DNA from: the human T2T-CHM13v2.0 reference genome, Homo sapiens
DNA length: 64,000 bases
Assembly (NCBI RefSeq): GCF_009914755.1
Contig: NC_060929.1
Strand: one strand, 5' to 3'
Part shown: in pieces, positions 31,970 to 48,504 of the stretch
Layout of the letters: each line of letters opens with the position of its first letter
Numbering within the stretch: the stretch's first letter is position 1
Made by a program: the position numbers and the translations under genes
The notes under the pieces: generated by a model
Database searches by the model: none
Told to the model about the DNA's origin: nothing
The model's input: the letters and a program-made list of their open reading frames with translations, nothing else

Positions 31970-34072
31970 GAGACGGAGTCTGGCTCTGTTGCCCAGGCTG
32001 GAGTGTAGTGGCGTGATCTGAGTTCACTGCAACCCCCGCCCCTAGGGTTCAAGTGATTCTCCCATCTCAGCCTCCCAAGAAGCTGGGATTACAGGCACGT
32101 GCCACCACGCCTGGCTAATTTTTGTATTTTTAGTAGAGACAGGATTTCGCCATGTTGGCCAGGCTGGTCTCAAACTCCTGACCTCAAGTGATCTGCCTGC
32201 CTCAGCCTCCCAAAGTGCTGGGATTACAGGCATCAGCCACCACACCTGGCTTCACTTTATTTTTCTAACCCACCTTGTTATCTCTTCTCTCTAATATCTT
32301 GTTGAGAAAGCTTTTGATCATTCTGTCAAAAAACCGTAAATGGGCCAGGCATGGTGGCTCACGCCTGTAATCCCAGCACTTTGGGAGACCAAGTCGGGTG
32401 GATCACTTTAGGTCAGGAGTTCAAGACCAGCCTGGGCAACATGGCAAAACCCCATCTCTACTAAAAATACAAAAATTGGCCAGGCGTGGTGGCGCTTGCC
32501 TGTAATACAAGCTCCTCAGGAGGCTGAGGCAGGAGAACTGCTTGAACTCGGGAGGTGGAGGTTGCAGTGAGCAGGAGATCACGCCATTGCACTCCAGCCT
32601 GGGCGACAGAGACTCCTTCTCTAAAAACAAAACAAAGACTGTGAATGTTCCCTGTGCCAGTTTACTAAGCTATTATTTTTCAGCTCCAAGCGCACCTCTC
32701 TCAATTTTGCTTTGTGACACAGGATTCTGCTTGGACTGTATCTGCTGGATCGGATGGCTCTTTGTCAGGTTCTGTCAGCAGCGGGCTCTAAAGGGAGACT
32801 AGAAGTCTGGAGGAGGAAGGGTCTTGCTCTTCCTTTAGAGATTCCTGTTTGCTTGTGGTCCCTGTTCCCTGTGGCCATCACTCCAAAAATGTCTTTTTTT
32901 TTTTGAGACAGGGTATCACTCTGTTGCCCAGGCTGGAGTACAGTCACAATCACAGCTGACTGCAGCCTCAGCCTACCGGGCTCAACTGATTCTCCCACCC
33001 TGGTATCCTGAGTAGCTGGGACTACAAGCATGCGCTGCTACACCTGGCTATTTTTAAAATTTTTTTGTAGAGACGGAGTCTTAACTCTATTCCTAGGCTG
33101 GTTTCAAACTCCTGTGAAGCAATCCTCCTGCCTCAGCCTCCCAAAGTGTTGAGAATACAGGGGTAAGCCACCATGCCCGGCCCAGCAATGCTTCTTTACC
33201 CAGGAGGAAGTGGCAGTAAGCAGTTGAAGTTTTCCAATTCTTGTATAATCATGCCACCCCTCCTTTGCCATCACGAGATGCCAGGACCACGCAAGCAGTG
33301 TTCCCCTTCAGCTCACTGGAGGCCTGAGTTTCAGCTACATGGAGCTCTTTGTTTAAGTTCTAAATTTTAATAATTCTAACTATTTCCCTTTGTTCCCTCC
33401 ACCTAAGGGGTGGTAGCTGGCTCATCAAATAGCTATCTTTGAAATTTTATGCCCATGAAGTAGCATAAAATTGCTACTTCAGTGTTCTTTTTCACTTTTT
33501 AAGTTACACAAGTGAACAATTATTTATATTAAATCCTCTGTTCGAATCATTGAAAACATTCAGTCTACAGACTGAATTCTCTGATGGTCACAGTCCCCAG
33601 TTACTGGAAGGTTTGGTTCTTTTCAGTTATTAGATATGAGAGAGTAAAATCTATTAATTCCTCCAAGGGGGTGGGGGTGGGGAACAAACCCGATGATCAA
33701 TCTCTAGGGACAGAGTATTGTATCCTGTCCACAACCATTAAAATCATATAATTAAAAATTTCTTTATTAACATGGGAAAATATATTCAAGTGAAAAAGGC
33801 TAAAAAACTGTATTTATAGAATGATCCCAATGAGGTGAGAAATATTTGGAAGGACAAATGCCAAAATGCTAATGGTGTTTATCTCTGGTGGTGGGATAAT
33901 TTTATTTTCTTCTTCATGGTCTTACATATATTTCCCCAATTTTCTACAATAATTATTTTTAGAAACAGGAAGAAAAAAGTTATTTTAAAAAATCCAGACA
34001 AGAAAACTGGATATAAGTGGGCATTCTATTATCAGCCATTTGTTGTATGGGGATCACAAAAAGATCACTCAC

Positions 34073-34170
34073 TCAGGATCGTCCTGAAAGTCTTGAGGTT
34101 CTGCCAACTCATCGTACTCTGCTGCTGCATCCTTGCCAGCTAAAACGAGCTCTTTGGGAGGCACCACCAC
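34073..34170 (-). CDS. DCTN4: DCTN4 exon 12 ([10 protein letters not shown]...FQDDP)
   Basis: CAG acceptor, GTGAGT donor, 98 nt; in ORF 34069..34263. Confidence 0.97.
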
Positions 34171-35164
34171 CTGGAGAGCAACACAGAGAGGCCTGCCTGA
34201 GAAGGGACCAGTGTGACAGAATATAGCAAAGTACGACATTGATTTAGACAAATGGAAGCACACAGCAAGTTTCAGGAAACATATACTACTTCTATGGAGT
34301 TTATAAGAACAAAGGTTTTAAGAGAAAGCTAAGTTAGTACTTACTTCATGGGGTCTGCAATGAGGAACTGGGGAGAACATGGGGGCTTCAATTGTGTCTT
34401 TAATGTTTTATTTTATTATTTATTTTTTTGAGATGGAGTCTCACTCTGTCGCCCAGGCTAGAGTGCAAATGGCATGATCTCGGCTCACTGCAACCTCTGC
34501 CTCCTGGGTTCAAGCGATTCTCCTGACTCAGCCTCATGAGTAGCTAGGACTACAGGTGCCCACCACCATGCCTGGCTAATTTTTTGCAGTTTTAGTAGAG
34601 ACGGGGTTTCACCATATTGGCCAAGCTGGTTTCGAACTCCTGCCCTCATGATCCACTTGCCTCGGCCTCCCAAACTGTTGGGATTACAGGCGTGAGCCAC
34701 CGCGCCTAGCCCTAATGTTTAATTTCTTAAGGGGATGGGGAGAAATGGGTACTTGCCATATTATTCCTCATTTTTTTTTGATACATCTGAAACAGTCCAT
34801 CATTAAGAACAACACAAAGGAGAAACACTGGTTCCAACACAATGTTTTTTGACATGGTACCAGCTGATTCCTGGTACCTGATACATAAACTTACATGAGA
34901 TACTGGGTGATTATGGTCATGGAAAACAATTAGCATTCTTCAGACTTATGTTGTAATTAGGCCTCAACTTTGCTCTATCAGAGGTTAACAGTTAACAGTG
35001 TTGATCAAATTTCTAATTATAGATACAAATGTGGGAGGGGAGGTATAAAGAGAGCTTTATAAAGATATGCTGTGCTTATGCATCAGGTACTTATTTCTGT
35101 CTGTCTTAACTGGAGCTGCTTATTAGTGTTAATAAAAAAAGGAACGTCAGGGCACAGTGGCTCA

Positions 35165-35467
<303 letters not shown>

Positions 35468-35776
35468 TTATCTCTCTTTGGAGGTGATGCTAGTAAGTGA
35501 AATCATTAAAAAGCAGAAGAAAAAAAAAAAGAGGACAGAAATTCTCTAATATTATTTGAATAAGAACTAAAGATATAGGCATCTTTTTAAACCATTTCTA
35601 TTATAAATATCATGCTGAATTATGAATTAGTAATAGATGATCTATAGAGAAAGGCTCTTGTTCTAAAATTTCAAGTACTAGAAGTAGCAAAATATAAAGA
35701 GAGGCCATATTACATCCATTCAACTCACACTGAGTCAAAATCACCTACTTTAACATTTAGTTATTTTGTTTTTTGA

Positions 35777-35935
<159 letters not shown>

Positions 35936-36726
35936 TAGTAGAGACGGGTTTCACCATGTTGGCCAGGCTGGTCTTGAACTCCTGACCTTAGATGATCCAC
36001 TCACCTTGGCCTCCCAAAGTGCTAGGATTACAGGCGTGAGCCACCAAGCCCAGACTAGTTAGTGCTATGTTATGTATACTCTTTGTAAGGTAGAGGAATC
36101 TAGAGGAGGCATACCAGCTTCTAAATGATTTTAAACGTATCATTTCTAAAAGGAAATGATATTTCACAAGTGTTGAAGAATGAATGTATGAGACTGAGAG
36201 ACTGAAGGGGCATGTATGTTAGGGGAGTCAGGATAGGAAGGAGGCATGCTAAGTAAAATGAATAGCATACACAATTCTCCAGTGTCAAAGTTTATAACCC
36301 ATTGGATCTGTCTGGATCACAACCACTAATATGTACGATTCAGGGAATGCTAAATTTGAGGATCTGAAGGAAGACCACACTGGAAGAACAGAGAAGTAAT
36401 GTCATTAAGCAGCTCTTATGCTATGCCAAAAATCTGGACTTCATCTCAGTCAAGAGCAATGCTAAATGACCAGCATGCACAGAGTTAGATTTTAGAAGTA
36501 TCACCCTGGTGGCAAGAGAGAAGAAATGGGTTGAAACAGAGGTGGTGGTATAAAAATAGCAAGGTCATTTAGGAAGTTATTGTCACTGTCCAGGTAAGAA
36601 ACGATGAGACCTTCAAATAGGGCAGTGTGTTTCAGGATAAAGTAAAAAAATTTAGGAGGTGGAATCAAAAGAACTTGCTGACTAGATGTGGAAAGGAGAG
36701 TGTGTGGAGTCTTTTAAGCCAGGTCA

Positions 36727-36933
<207 letters not shown>

Positions 36934-38223
36934 TTAGCTGCTATACCGAATATTTCGCAAAATTACCATCCCCGCCATTACTCCTGGGCAATGACGCCCT
37001 ACTTATACCTCTACATCACTGTATTCTCTATGTGCTTACTGATCCCTGTTCTATTATCTATATGTTAGACCAAATACTCTCTGGAGTTGCTATTTCACTG
37101 AGGAAATGGGACAGATTCCACTGAAAGGGCCAGTTACTAGATCCAGAAATTCTGAGGAATGTTCATTATCTAAGTGAAGTTAAAACTCTTGTCTCACCCA
37201 GGCTGCCACTTAAGGACTGAAAAGGAGGCCCTCATAAATAAAATATGGGAGCCACAGGCCAGTCAGATGCATGAACAGAGCAAAAATGGCACACCAAGAC
37301 TACAAAAACTTTTTAAAATTTTTATTATTTATTTATTTATTTTCGAGACAAGGTCTCACTCTGTTGCCCAGGCTGGAGTGCAGTGGCATGATCATGGCTC
37401 ACTGCAGCCTCAACCTCCTGGGCTCAGGTGATCCTCCCATCTCAGCCTCCTGAGTAGCTGGGACCACAGGTGTGCGCCACCACACCTGGCAAATTTTTTG
37501 TATTTTTTGTAGAGATGGGGTTTCCCCATGTTGCCCAGGCTGGTCTTGACCTCCTGCACCCAAGCAATCTACTTATCTTGGCCTCCCAAAGTGCTGGGAT
37601 TACAGGTATGAGCCACCGTGCCCGACCTTATAAAAACTTTTTAAGACTTCTTGAACTGTGATAATTTGTCCTTGTTTGGTACCCTCTCTAGATAAGCAAA
37701 ACAAATCTTTCAAATGAAGGCCCATGTAATAAATATTTGTGTTTTCAGGAGCAGCATGAAAGAAGAGTTAAAGAGTTTGCTGCAGAATATTCTACAATTC
37801 ACTGGGTGTGTGTGTGGAAGGAAGGGGAGTAGATGAGGACTCCAAGGAAGAGAAGGGCTGTGGTATATAAATCTAACTGAATCCTAGTACCTGAAACATA
37901 ACAAACAGGAGATCGAAGAGAATCTCTAGGCTGGAGAAGAACAAAAGATGCCTGTGGGATCCAACATTCTCTCCTTTCTTTTCCCCACCTATAATTTCAC
38001 CTTAACATAATGTGCACCCTGCTCCTTCTCCCTACTTTTCATCAGATGCTGTTGTCAAGAATCTCAGTGTCAACAAATTTAGTCTTTATTATCCCAAACT
38101 GTCTTCTTTTCTATCCCTTGCTCACTGGATCCTGTGCCAAATACACACACAGCCACCCACATACACATGTACACACATCATTGATCAATCCTTTTTCTTC
38201 CTGTTAATGAGCAAGGTACTAAC

Positions 38224-38278
38224 CTTCATGTAGCGAAGGTTGGGAATTGACATGATTCTCACTTCTGGAATATAATTG
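38224..38278 (-). CDS. DCTN4: DCTN4 exon 10 (NYIPEVRIMSIPNLRYMK)
   Basis: CAG acceptor, GTTAGT donor, 55 nt. Confidence 0.96.
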
Positions 38279-41200
38279 CTGTGCATAAATAAAAAAATGC
38301 ATTAATGTTCATTGGAGTCTCTTAAAATTATTATTATTTTTTAAAGCTAGTGCAGTACATAAAGGATTTCATGTTAATTAGAATGTATCAGAAAAAAAAT
38401 AATTTTAATGAACCATATCATCACAGTAAGAACTTAAGAAAAGACATAAGACCAAACTGGTATGAGTTCTTTCTGAAATCTTACGTATATTTCTAGTTGA
38501 AACTGCCCAGGCCCCAGATTAGCATTTACATATCAAGATATTGCTTTGTAATGACTAAGGCAAGATATTTATCTCCTTGTGCCTTGGTTTTCCCAATTCT
38601 AAAATGAGGAAAATAATGGTATCTTTCACTTGAGGTTATTGTGAAGAATACATGCAAGAATGCTTTGAAAAGTGCTTGGAACAAAGCTCACATAAATGTT
38701 CATTATTGTGCATACATTAACGTAATACGAAATCTATTGCAGAAACATTAAAAGTGGGGGAAAAAGTACATCTTAGAATCAGATATTTAAACTTTAAACG
38801 AGCTATTTTTCATGGTGACCAGCAGGATTACCTGAGTAACTTAACAGGAATTTAAGAAACTTTTGTCTTCCTGAATCTCAAAAAAAACACACACACACAC
38901 AAAAGCAACAACAATAAAAATAAATTTAAAGACCCCACTTCTAAGAATTTGAATTCAGTAGGTCTGAGGTTTGATACCAGAGCTCTGTATTTTTTTTTTT
39001 TTTTTTGAGACAGGGTCTTGCTGTCACCCAGGCTGGAGTGTAACGGCACAATCATGACTCACTGAAGCCTCGACCCCCCAGGCTCAAGTGACATTCCCAC
39101 CTCAGCCTCCCAAGTAGCTGGGAGTACAGGTGTGTGCCACCATGCTCAGCTAATTTTTGATTTTTTGTACAGATGAGGACTCACTGTGTTGCCCAGGCTG
39201 GGCTTGAACTCCTAAGGCTCAAGCGATCCTCCTGCCTTGGCCTCCCCAAATGTTGAGATTACAGGCATGAGCCAAACACCTGGCCTCAGAGCATCTGTAT
39301 TAAGATAGCCAGGCAATTCTAAAATGATGTCAGAAAAAAATCACTTTTTCTCAAAGCAAGCTTAAGAAATTGATGCTAAGTACAGGCTGCCATTCAGGGT
39401 TTCTGTAATGAGTATAATTCTTAAGAAAGGAGTTCATCCCAGACTTCACAAGTGCCATTTCTGTAGGTCTCTAACCAATCATGTATTAAGAGTAGTTAGG
39501 AAAATGAACATATTTTATGGTGAGTTACAAGGCATTTGCAAACATAATTACTCATTTGATTCTTTTCAAGAATCCCAAGAGGAATACATTATTCCCATTT
39601 CAGAGACGAGGGAAGTATGTTTAGACAAAAATAGTAAGTGACAGACCCTCTTCCTGGCCCTCCTAGCTCCTCCTAACTCACTAGACATGCACTTCCCAAC
39701 CTTTTTGTTTCCTAATACTTATTTTTAATTGCTGCATAATATTCTACAGTACAAGTTATCTCAATTTAACCAACTATTTCCTTGTTAATGGTTAATCAGT
39801 TTGACACTGATTAACTTTTGGTTAAACTGTTTGCAGCTTTTTGCCATTAATATATTCTAAAACACACCTTTGGAAATGCATCTTTATATATTGGTGATTT
39901 TGTTTCTACAGAATATATCCCTGAAACAGTACTGTTGGGTTAAAAGGTCTATGTAATTTGTTTTGATATTTCCAGACCACTCTCCAAAAAGACTAGCAAT
40001 TCAAGATCCCACCAACAATGTGTGCAAGTATGTGTTTACCCACATTCTCATGAGCACTAGATGCTAATTACCTTTTAAAACTTTTCCTATCAAATCTTAG
40101 TTTCTTTCCATATACAGTGTATCTTCTGGTCATTTGAAATTCCTTTCCCATAAGCTACCTGTTCAAATCCCTTGTTCCACATTCCACTTTACTGCCTCCC
40201 TCTATTTTTATCTTTTCAATTTCTGGGAATTCTCTATGCCTGGGATATTAAACTTTTGTTTGTCATGACTGCCAAATATTCTTTCTTGCTTTACTATTTG
40301 TCTCAGGACTTTGTTGCTAATTTTGTCTTAAAAAAATTTTTTTTTCCTTAGAGAGAGAGTCCTGCTCCACTGTCTAGGATGGAGTGCTGTGGGACAATCA
40401 TAGCTTACTGCAGCCTTGACTTCCTGGGCTCAAGGGGTCCTCTCACCTCAGACTCCCAAGTAGCTAGGACTACAGGTGCATGCCACTACACCTGGCTAAT
40501 TTTAAAAATTTTTTGTAGAGATGGGGTCTTACTATGTTGTCCAGGCTGGTCTTCAACTCATGGGCTCAAGTGATCCTCCTGACTCAGGCTTCCGAAGTGC
40601 TGGGATCACAAGTGTGAGCCACTGCACCTGGCTTTAATTTCATCTTTTATAACCACTATTTCTTTTTGCTAAGGTCAAAGGTGTTTCTTTTCTTTTAATG
40701 GCTTCTGGGTTTCCTGTCTTGCTAAAGAAGGGCTCTCTTACTCCAAAGCTAGACAATACTTTCCTAATTTGTGAAAATATTTTTGTTTGCCAGGTAATTT
40801 AAAAAATTTATGTATTAGAAAAGTATGATGAGATATGAAAAGTTTACATTTAATTAGATGAACACTGGGTAAGTTTTAAGTGGCAGTATTTGTCTCTAAT
40901 TAGGACCATTCAGATAGCCTGATAGGTAGTTTTTATACACAAAATTCTCTTCTACTCACAAGTCCCAGAGAGTTAACACTAACTTAATCACTTTCATTCC
41001 AGTCAACGAAGTGTTATAACACAGGTAAGTAAAATGAACACTGTTACAGGGATACTCTTCAATCAGCTATACTTCATTATTTTTAAATTTTTTTTGAAGG
41101 ATTATTCCCAAACTCAGATACTTTATAATTTGTAATGATGACTAGTGACTTTCCACCAAATAATCAACATACCTTGTTGCTCCAGATCATACTGGGACAC

Positions 41201-41414
41201 TGTGTCCCTGATCCCAATACCCCTGAATCTATTTATCTTAAACTTCATGGCATGTAACTAAATTAAAAACCTAAACAGGAACAGAATGTCAAGATTATTT
41301 TGATGTAATTTTTTTTTTTTTAGGCCAAGAGTAAACACACTTCATACTGGGGAAGAAGAATAAACCAAAATAACTCAAAACAGTAACTGAAAACACCAAT
41401 CCCAAAATACTTAC

Positions 41415-41488
41415 ACAGCGACCAGCTGGATTTTGAATTTGATTGACGTTGGGTTAAATTCTGGCTTGCTCAAATTATGTTCACATTT
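41415..41488 (-). CDS. DCTN4: DCTN4 exon 9 (KCEHNLSKPE...IQLVA)
   Basis: TAG acceptor, GTAAGT donor, 74 nt. Confidence 0.97.
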
Positions 41489-42399
41489 CTAAAAAGAAAA
41501 CAAATATAACACGTATCAGAAGACAACAACACACTTTGTTGATCCATAGAGCTGCTAAATTCAGAAGGACAGCATTTACGAGAATTTTGTTTTGTTTTGT
41601 TCTGCTATAAGACCATATGTTTTTGAATAATGTATAGCAGCCAAAGTTTATAAAAGATGTTCGCACTTCCTGATATGTGCAACCCCACTATCCAATATTA
41701 TTATACCTCTGTGGTACTTAAAAACTACTAAAATAACACATACTGAGTACATACTGTATTTGCTAAACAACGTGCTCACTGGTTTAACTGGATTTAAATA
41801 TCACATCAACTTTATGAGCTAGGTATAGGTATTACATTAAGGTTGCCATATTATAGATGATCAAAATGGTATACAGGAAGGGTAAGTAACCTGTCCAACT
41901 TCACAGAGCCAATAAAAATGGACACTGGGATTTAAATCTAGGTAGTAAAATTCCAGATCCTATGCTTTAAAGTACAGTAACAATGATTACTTTTGAGATA
42001 GGGTATCACTCTGTTACCCAGGCTGGAGTGCAGTGGCACAATCAAAGCTCACTACAGCCTCCAACTCCTGGGCTCAAGTAATCTTCCTGCCTTGGCCTCC
42101 CAAAGTGCTGGGATTACAGGCATGAGCCACTGCACTAGGACAGTAATAATTATTTACTACTTTCTTAAATACATACTACATATACCTGGTTAAAAATTTT
42201 TTTAACAGAACAAAAAAGGTGTCCAGTGTAAAGATTACCCATTATCTGTCTGTCCCCTTGTTTTCTCCAGATAGCCTATGCACATAAAAGTACAAGCATA
42301 CATCACCTTGCTTTTTTCACAATAACACAAAAGGGAACATTTTATATTTATTCTCTTGCTTTTTTCATTTATTCTATCTTGGAATTAATTCCATTTCAG

Positions 42400-44254
<1,855 letters not shown>

Positions 44255-44417
44255 CAGCTGACAGCCTCAGCAAGAGAAAGCATAGGGACTCCAATGGCAG
44301 CAGCAGCATGTGCAAAGAAACAATCATGAAAGTTGGTAGACAATATTGGATGGGTGCCCCAGGTCTCTCCAAGCTGGCTATTTATTATATTTTGTTATTT
44401 AAAACAAACCTGTATTT

Positions 44418-44535
44418 ATTTATTTTTTGAGACAAGTTTTGCTCTTGTTGCCCAGGCCGGAGTACAATGGCGCAATCTTGGCTCACTGCAACCTCCGCCT
44501 CCTGGGTACAACCAATTCTCCTGCCTCAGCCTCCC
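44418..44535 (-). mobile_element. 5'-truncated Alu (right arm only)
   Basis: TSD AACAAACCT(G/A)TATTT at 44403-44417 and 44536-44550. Confidence 0.9.
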
Positions 44536-44961
44536 AACAAACCTATATTTTAAGCAGAATTAAAAAAAAAATAAGCTGGTATAAGGCTATATGACTTTTG
44601 ATCAAACCAACGAGATGCAGGGCTTCTAAATATAAGGGATCATCTGAAATGAATGTTGTTTGAAATAACTGTCTAATTTTGAGAGTTCCAGTATTTATGT
44701 GAAAATTTAACAATTTTTAAAGAAGTCCTTGGAAATTGGTATTGACAGTAAATCTCCTTAAAATAGAATTTTAAAGCTTTCAACACACTGGAACTCTCCC
44801 CAGCTTTGGACCAACCCCACAACTGAGCGGAGCCACCTCCTCGAGACATGCATTGCTCTGCTGCTGGATACTCTAACAGCTTGAACAGGGGAGCTCACTT
44901 AAGAAGAGATATTGTGTAGTTTAAAACATATTAGTTTGTATAAAATAACTTCTCATAAATT

Positions 44962-45650
44962 TCTCATAAATTAAAGCTGCAGTACAATTCACTTAGTGGT
45001 TAGGCCAATCCTCCCCGCCATTATCCTTGCTTTGTTATAAATCACCATTAAAAACCATTATAATGTTTTTAATAGTATCAGCTGGCACTTAAATATTTTT
45101 GGAGTGAAAATTATTCCTAAAGTTATACATGACTCCCACAAAAATACAGTTTTATCATATTAAAGAGACCTGTACTGATTTGCCAAAATTCCGCAACTTA
45201 GCAAAGGTATTACCTTCCTTGGATTTGTACTTTGTGATACAGTGTGCTGTACCGTGGGCTGGTTATGTTAACTGAAAAAATAGTCATTACCCAAGTTTTG
45301 CAGCACTCTAAACTTAAGCAGAAGAACAGCTGTTCACATCTTACAAATGCCATGTGTCAAAATCATGGTTTTGTAATTGCTAAGGTACGGTATGTCAGGT
45401 TATTTGAAAACAATTACTTTTTGAAGTAATTGTGACCACAAAGCATCATTTTTACATGAAAAGTTGTCTGTCATTTGAAATTATGCAAATGATGTCTTGA
45501 CCTGAAGCACAAACCCCAGGTACTTAATGTTTTTAATAATATGGTGCCACTGCAGGGGTTAGGGGCGGTGGGGAAGAACAAGGATAATGGCGGGGAGGAT
45601 TGGCCTAACTAACCACTAAGTGAATTGTACTGCAGCTTTGATTTATGAGA
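44962..45650. repeat. Long non-Alu inverted repeat (arms 44962-45029 and 45579-45650)
   Basis: Left arm TCTCATAAATTAAAGCTGCAGTACAATTCACTTAGTGGTTAGGCCAATCCTCCCCGCCATTATCCTTG equals the reverse complement of the right arm except one substitution and a 4-nt indel. Confidence 0.97.
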
Positions 45651-46002
45651 CATCCTTATCTGGGATATTTGAGGGCAGCTGCAAACTAAAAACAATCCAG
45701 TAAATGTACTTTGTTTATATTTTGTATCAGGCAATTATCAACTGCTAAATAATAGCTTTCATATTTGCAACTGTTGCATACAGAGTACTTTTGCTAAAAG
45801 GTGATTAGCTCTTGCCTTTAATTTTACAGTGCTTAATGTGATAAACTTCCAGACATGTTTCCTATAAAAGAGACCATTTAATATATGTATATAAACCACA
45901 GTAATAGTATAACATACTATTTTAAAATTATTTTTTTCTACTTAAAATATTTAATTTTAGGCTTCTTAGGACATTTCTAAAGCAGATTAAACCCAATAAG
46001 CA

Positions 46003-46487
<485 letters not shown>

Positions 46488-46778
46488 TTAAACAAATCCT
46501 TATCCTTTGATTTTTAAAACTCTGATCTAATGATAAAATTCTATAAATTTTCATTTTCCCGTGCAGTTAGGTAGCAAAATAGCTGGTAATTCATAACTTT
46601 TACCTATTAAAATATAAACACACAACAAGCAAATGTATTTAAGAGTACTAAATGGAAATAAAGTGTTCAAAAGAGAAAGTCTTGTGTTATTGAGCATCTT
46701 AGCCTATTTATTATTATAAAGTATAAATGTGACTTAAATCTTTTCTTGTTAATAAAAACTTTCTTTTAACTGAAAAAG

Positions 46779-47380
46779 AATTTCATCTTCTGAAAAATGT
46801 TCAGACTTACTTTATAATAATCCAGTATATAATCAACCTTTATAAGTGTTCTGTGTGTACTTGAAAAGAATGCATATATTCTGCAGACATTGGGTACAGT
46901 AGTCTATATATGCCCATTTGGTCAAGTTTGCTAGATAAATTGTCCAAATGTTCTATATTCTTACTGATTTTCATCTATTTGTTCTCTCGGTTACTGAGAG
47001 AAGTATGTCAAAATTTCCCAAAATGATTTGTCCATTTATGTAATTTTCTCAAATGTCGCTTTATATATTTTGAGTCTATTATTCAGTGCACATGACTTTA
47101 GACGGTTATATCTTCTTTGTAAATTGAATCTTTTTTTTAAACAAATTATCCCTCTTTTAAAAAAATTAGTGTTTGTCCAATATTTTTCCCACTTCTCTCT
47201 ACTTTCAACTTTTCTGAGTTCTCATGTTTGTGCTTCTTGTAATAAGCATATAGATGGATCACTGCAATTTGCTTTATTATTTAGACTGACAATGTTTGTC
47301 TTTTAATGGAAGCATTTAGTTCATTGGTATTTAATGTAAATACTGATACATCTGGATTTTAATCTACTATCTTACCACAC
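46779..47380 (-). mobile_element. Old L1M fragment, continuation right of the retrocopy
   Basis: GTGTTCTGTGTGTACTTGAAAAGAATGCATATATTCTGCAG resembles antisense L1 ORF2 endonuclease region. Confidence 0.72.
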
Positions 47381-47402
47381 ACAATCTTTTTTTTTTTTTT
47401 AA

Positions 47403-47612
<210 letters not shown>

Positions 47613-48504
47613 TAGGCTGATCTCAAACTCCTGGGCTCAAGTGATCTTCCTGCCTTGGCCTCTCAAAGTGTTGTGATTACAGGCATGAGCCCAGGCTTTC
47701 TATTTGAACTACCAATTCAATGTTCCTTTGCCCCTTCTTTTTCTTTCTTTTTATAAAGGTTTTTCATTATAGAAATTTTCTAACGTGTACAAAAATATAG
47801 AATGGTATTACAAATCTCTAGGTACCCATCACCCAACTTCAACGATTATCAACTTCGGAATATATATGCAGGACTTGAATCTATGCTCTCAGGTTAAACA
47901 AACAAAAAGAATCAGCATCTTGTTATCAAAAATTAGCAACAATGGCCAATCTTGTTTCATTTATACTCTTACCCATTCCTCATCCCTCATTATTTTGCAA
48001 CAAATATCAGAGACCAAGTCATTTCCTCCATAAATATTTCTGTATGTATCTCCAAAAGATAAAGACATTAAAAAACAAACAAACAAAGTACTATCATTAT
48101 TCCTAAAAAAGAAAAAATACTTTTTTTTTTTTTTTAAGAGACAGGGTCTTTCTGTGTTGCCTAGGCTGGAGTGCAGTGGCTATTCACAGGCACCATCATC
48201 ACACACTACAGTCTCAAACTCCTCAGGCTCAAGGGATTCTCCTGCCTCAGCTTCCAGAGTAGCTGGGACTACAAGTGCATGTCACTGTGCCCTGCCCAAT
48301 AGTTTTTTAATAGCATCGAAAATGCTACCAGTGTTTAAATTTTCTCAAAGATTTCACAAATTTTTCTTTCCTTCTTTCCTCTTTCCCTTCTTCCCTCCTC
48401 CCCTGGGCCCTTTCTTTCTGTTTTGTTTGAATCCGAATCTACGTAAACTCTATACATTGTGTTTGGTAAACTTTTAAGTCTCTTCTAATCTAGAGAATGA
48501 TTAA

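Noticed and set aside
44785-44900. GC-richer island with CTCCCC...GGGGAG ends suggesting a snoRNA or miRNA hairpin
   Set aside because: Only ~6 bp of terminal pairing and no convincing C/D or H/ACA box layout; more simply part of the retrocopy
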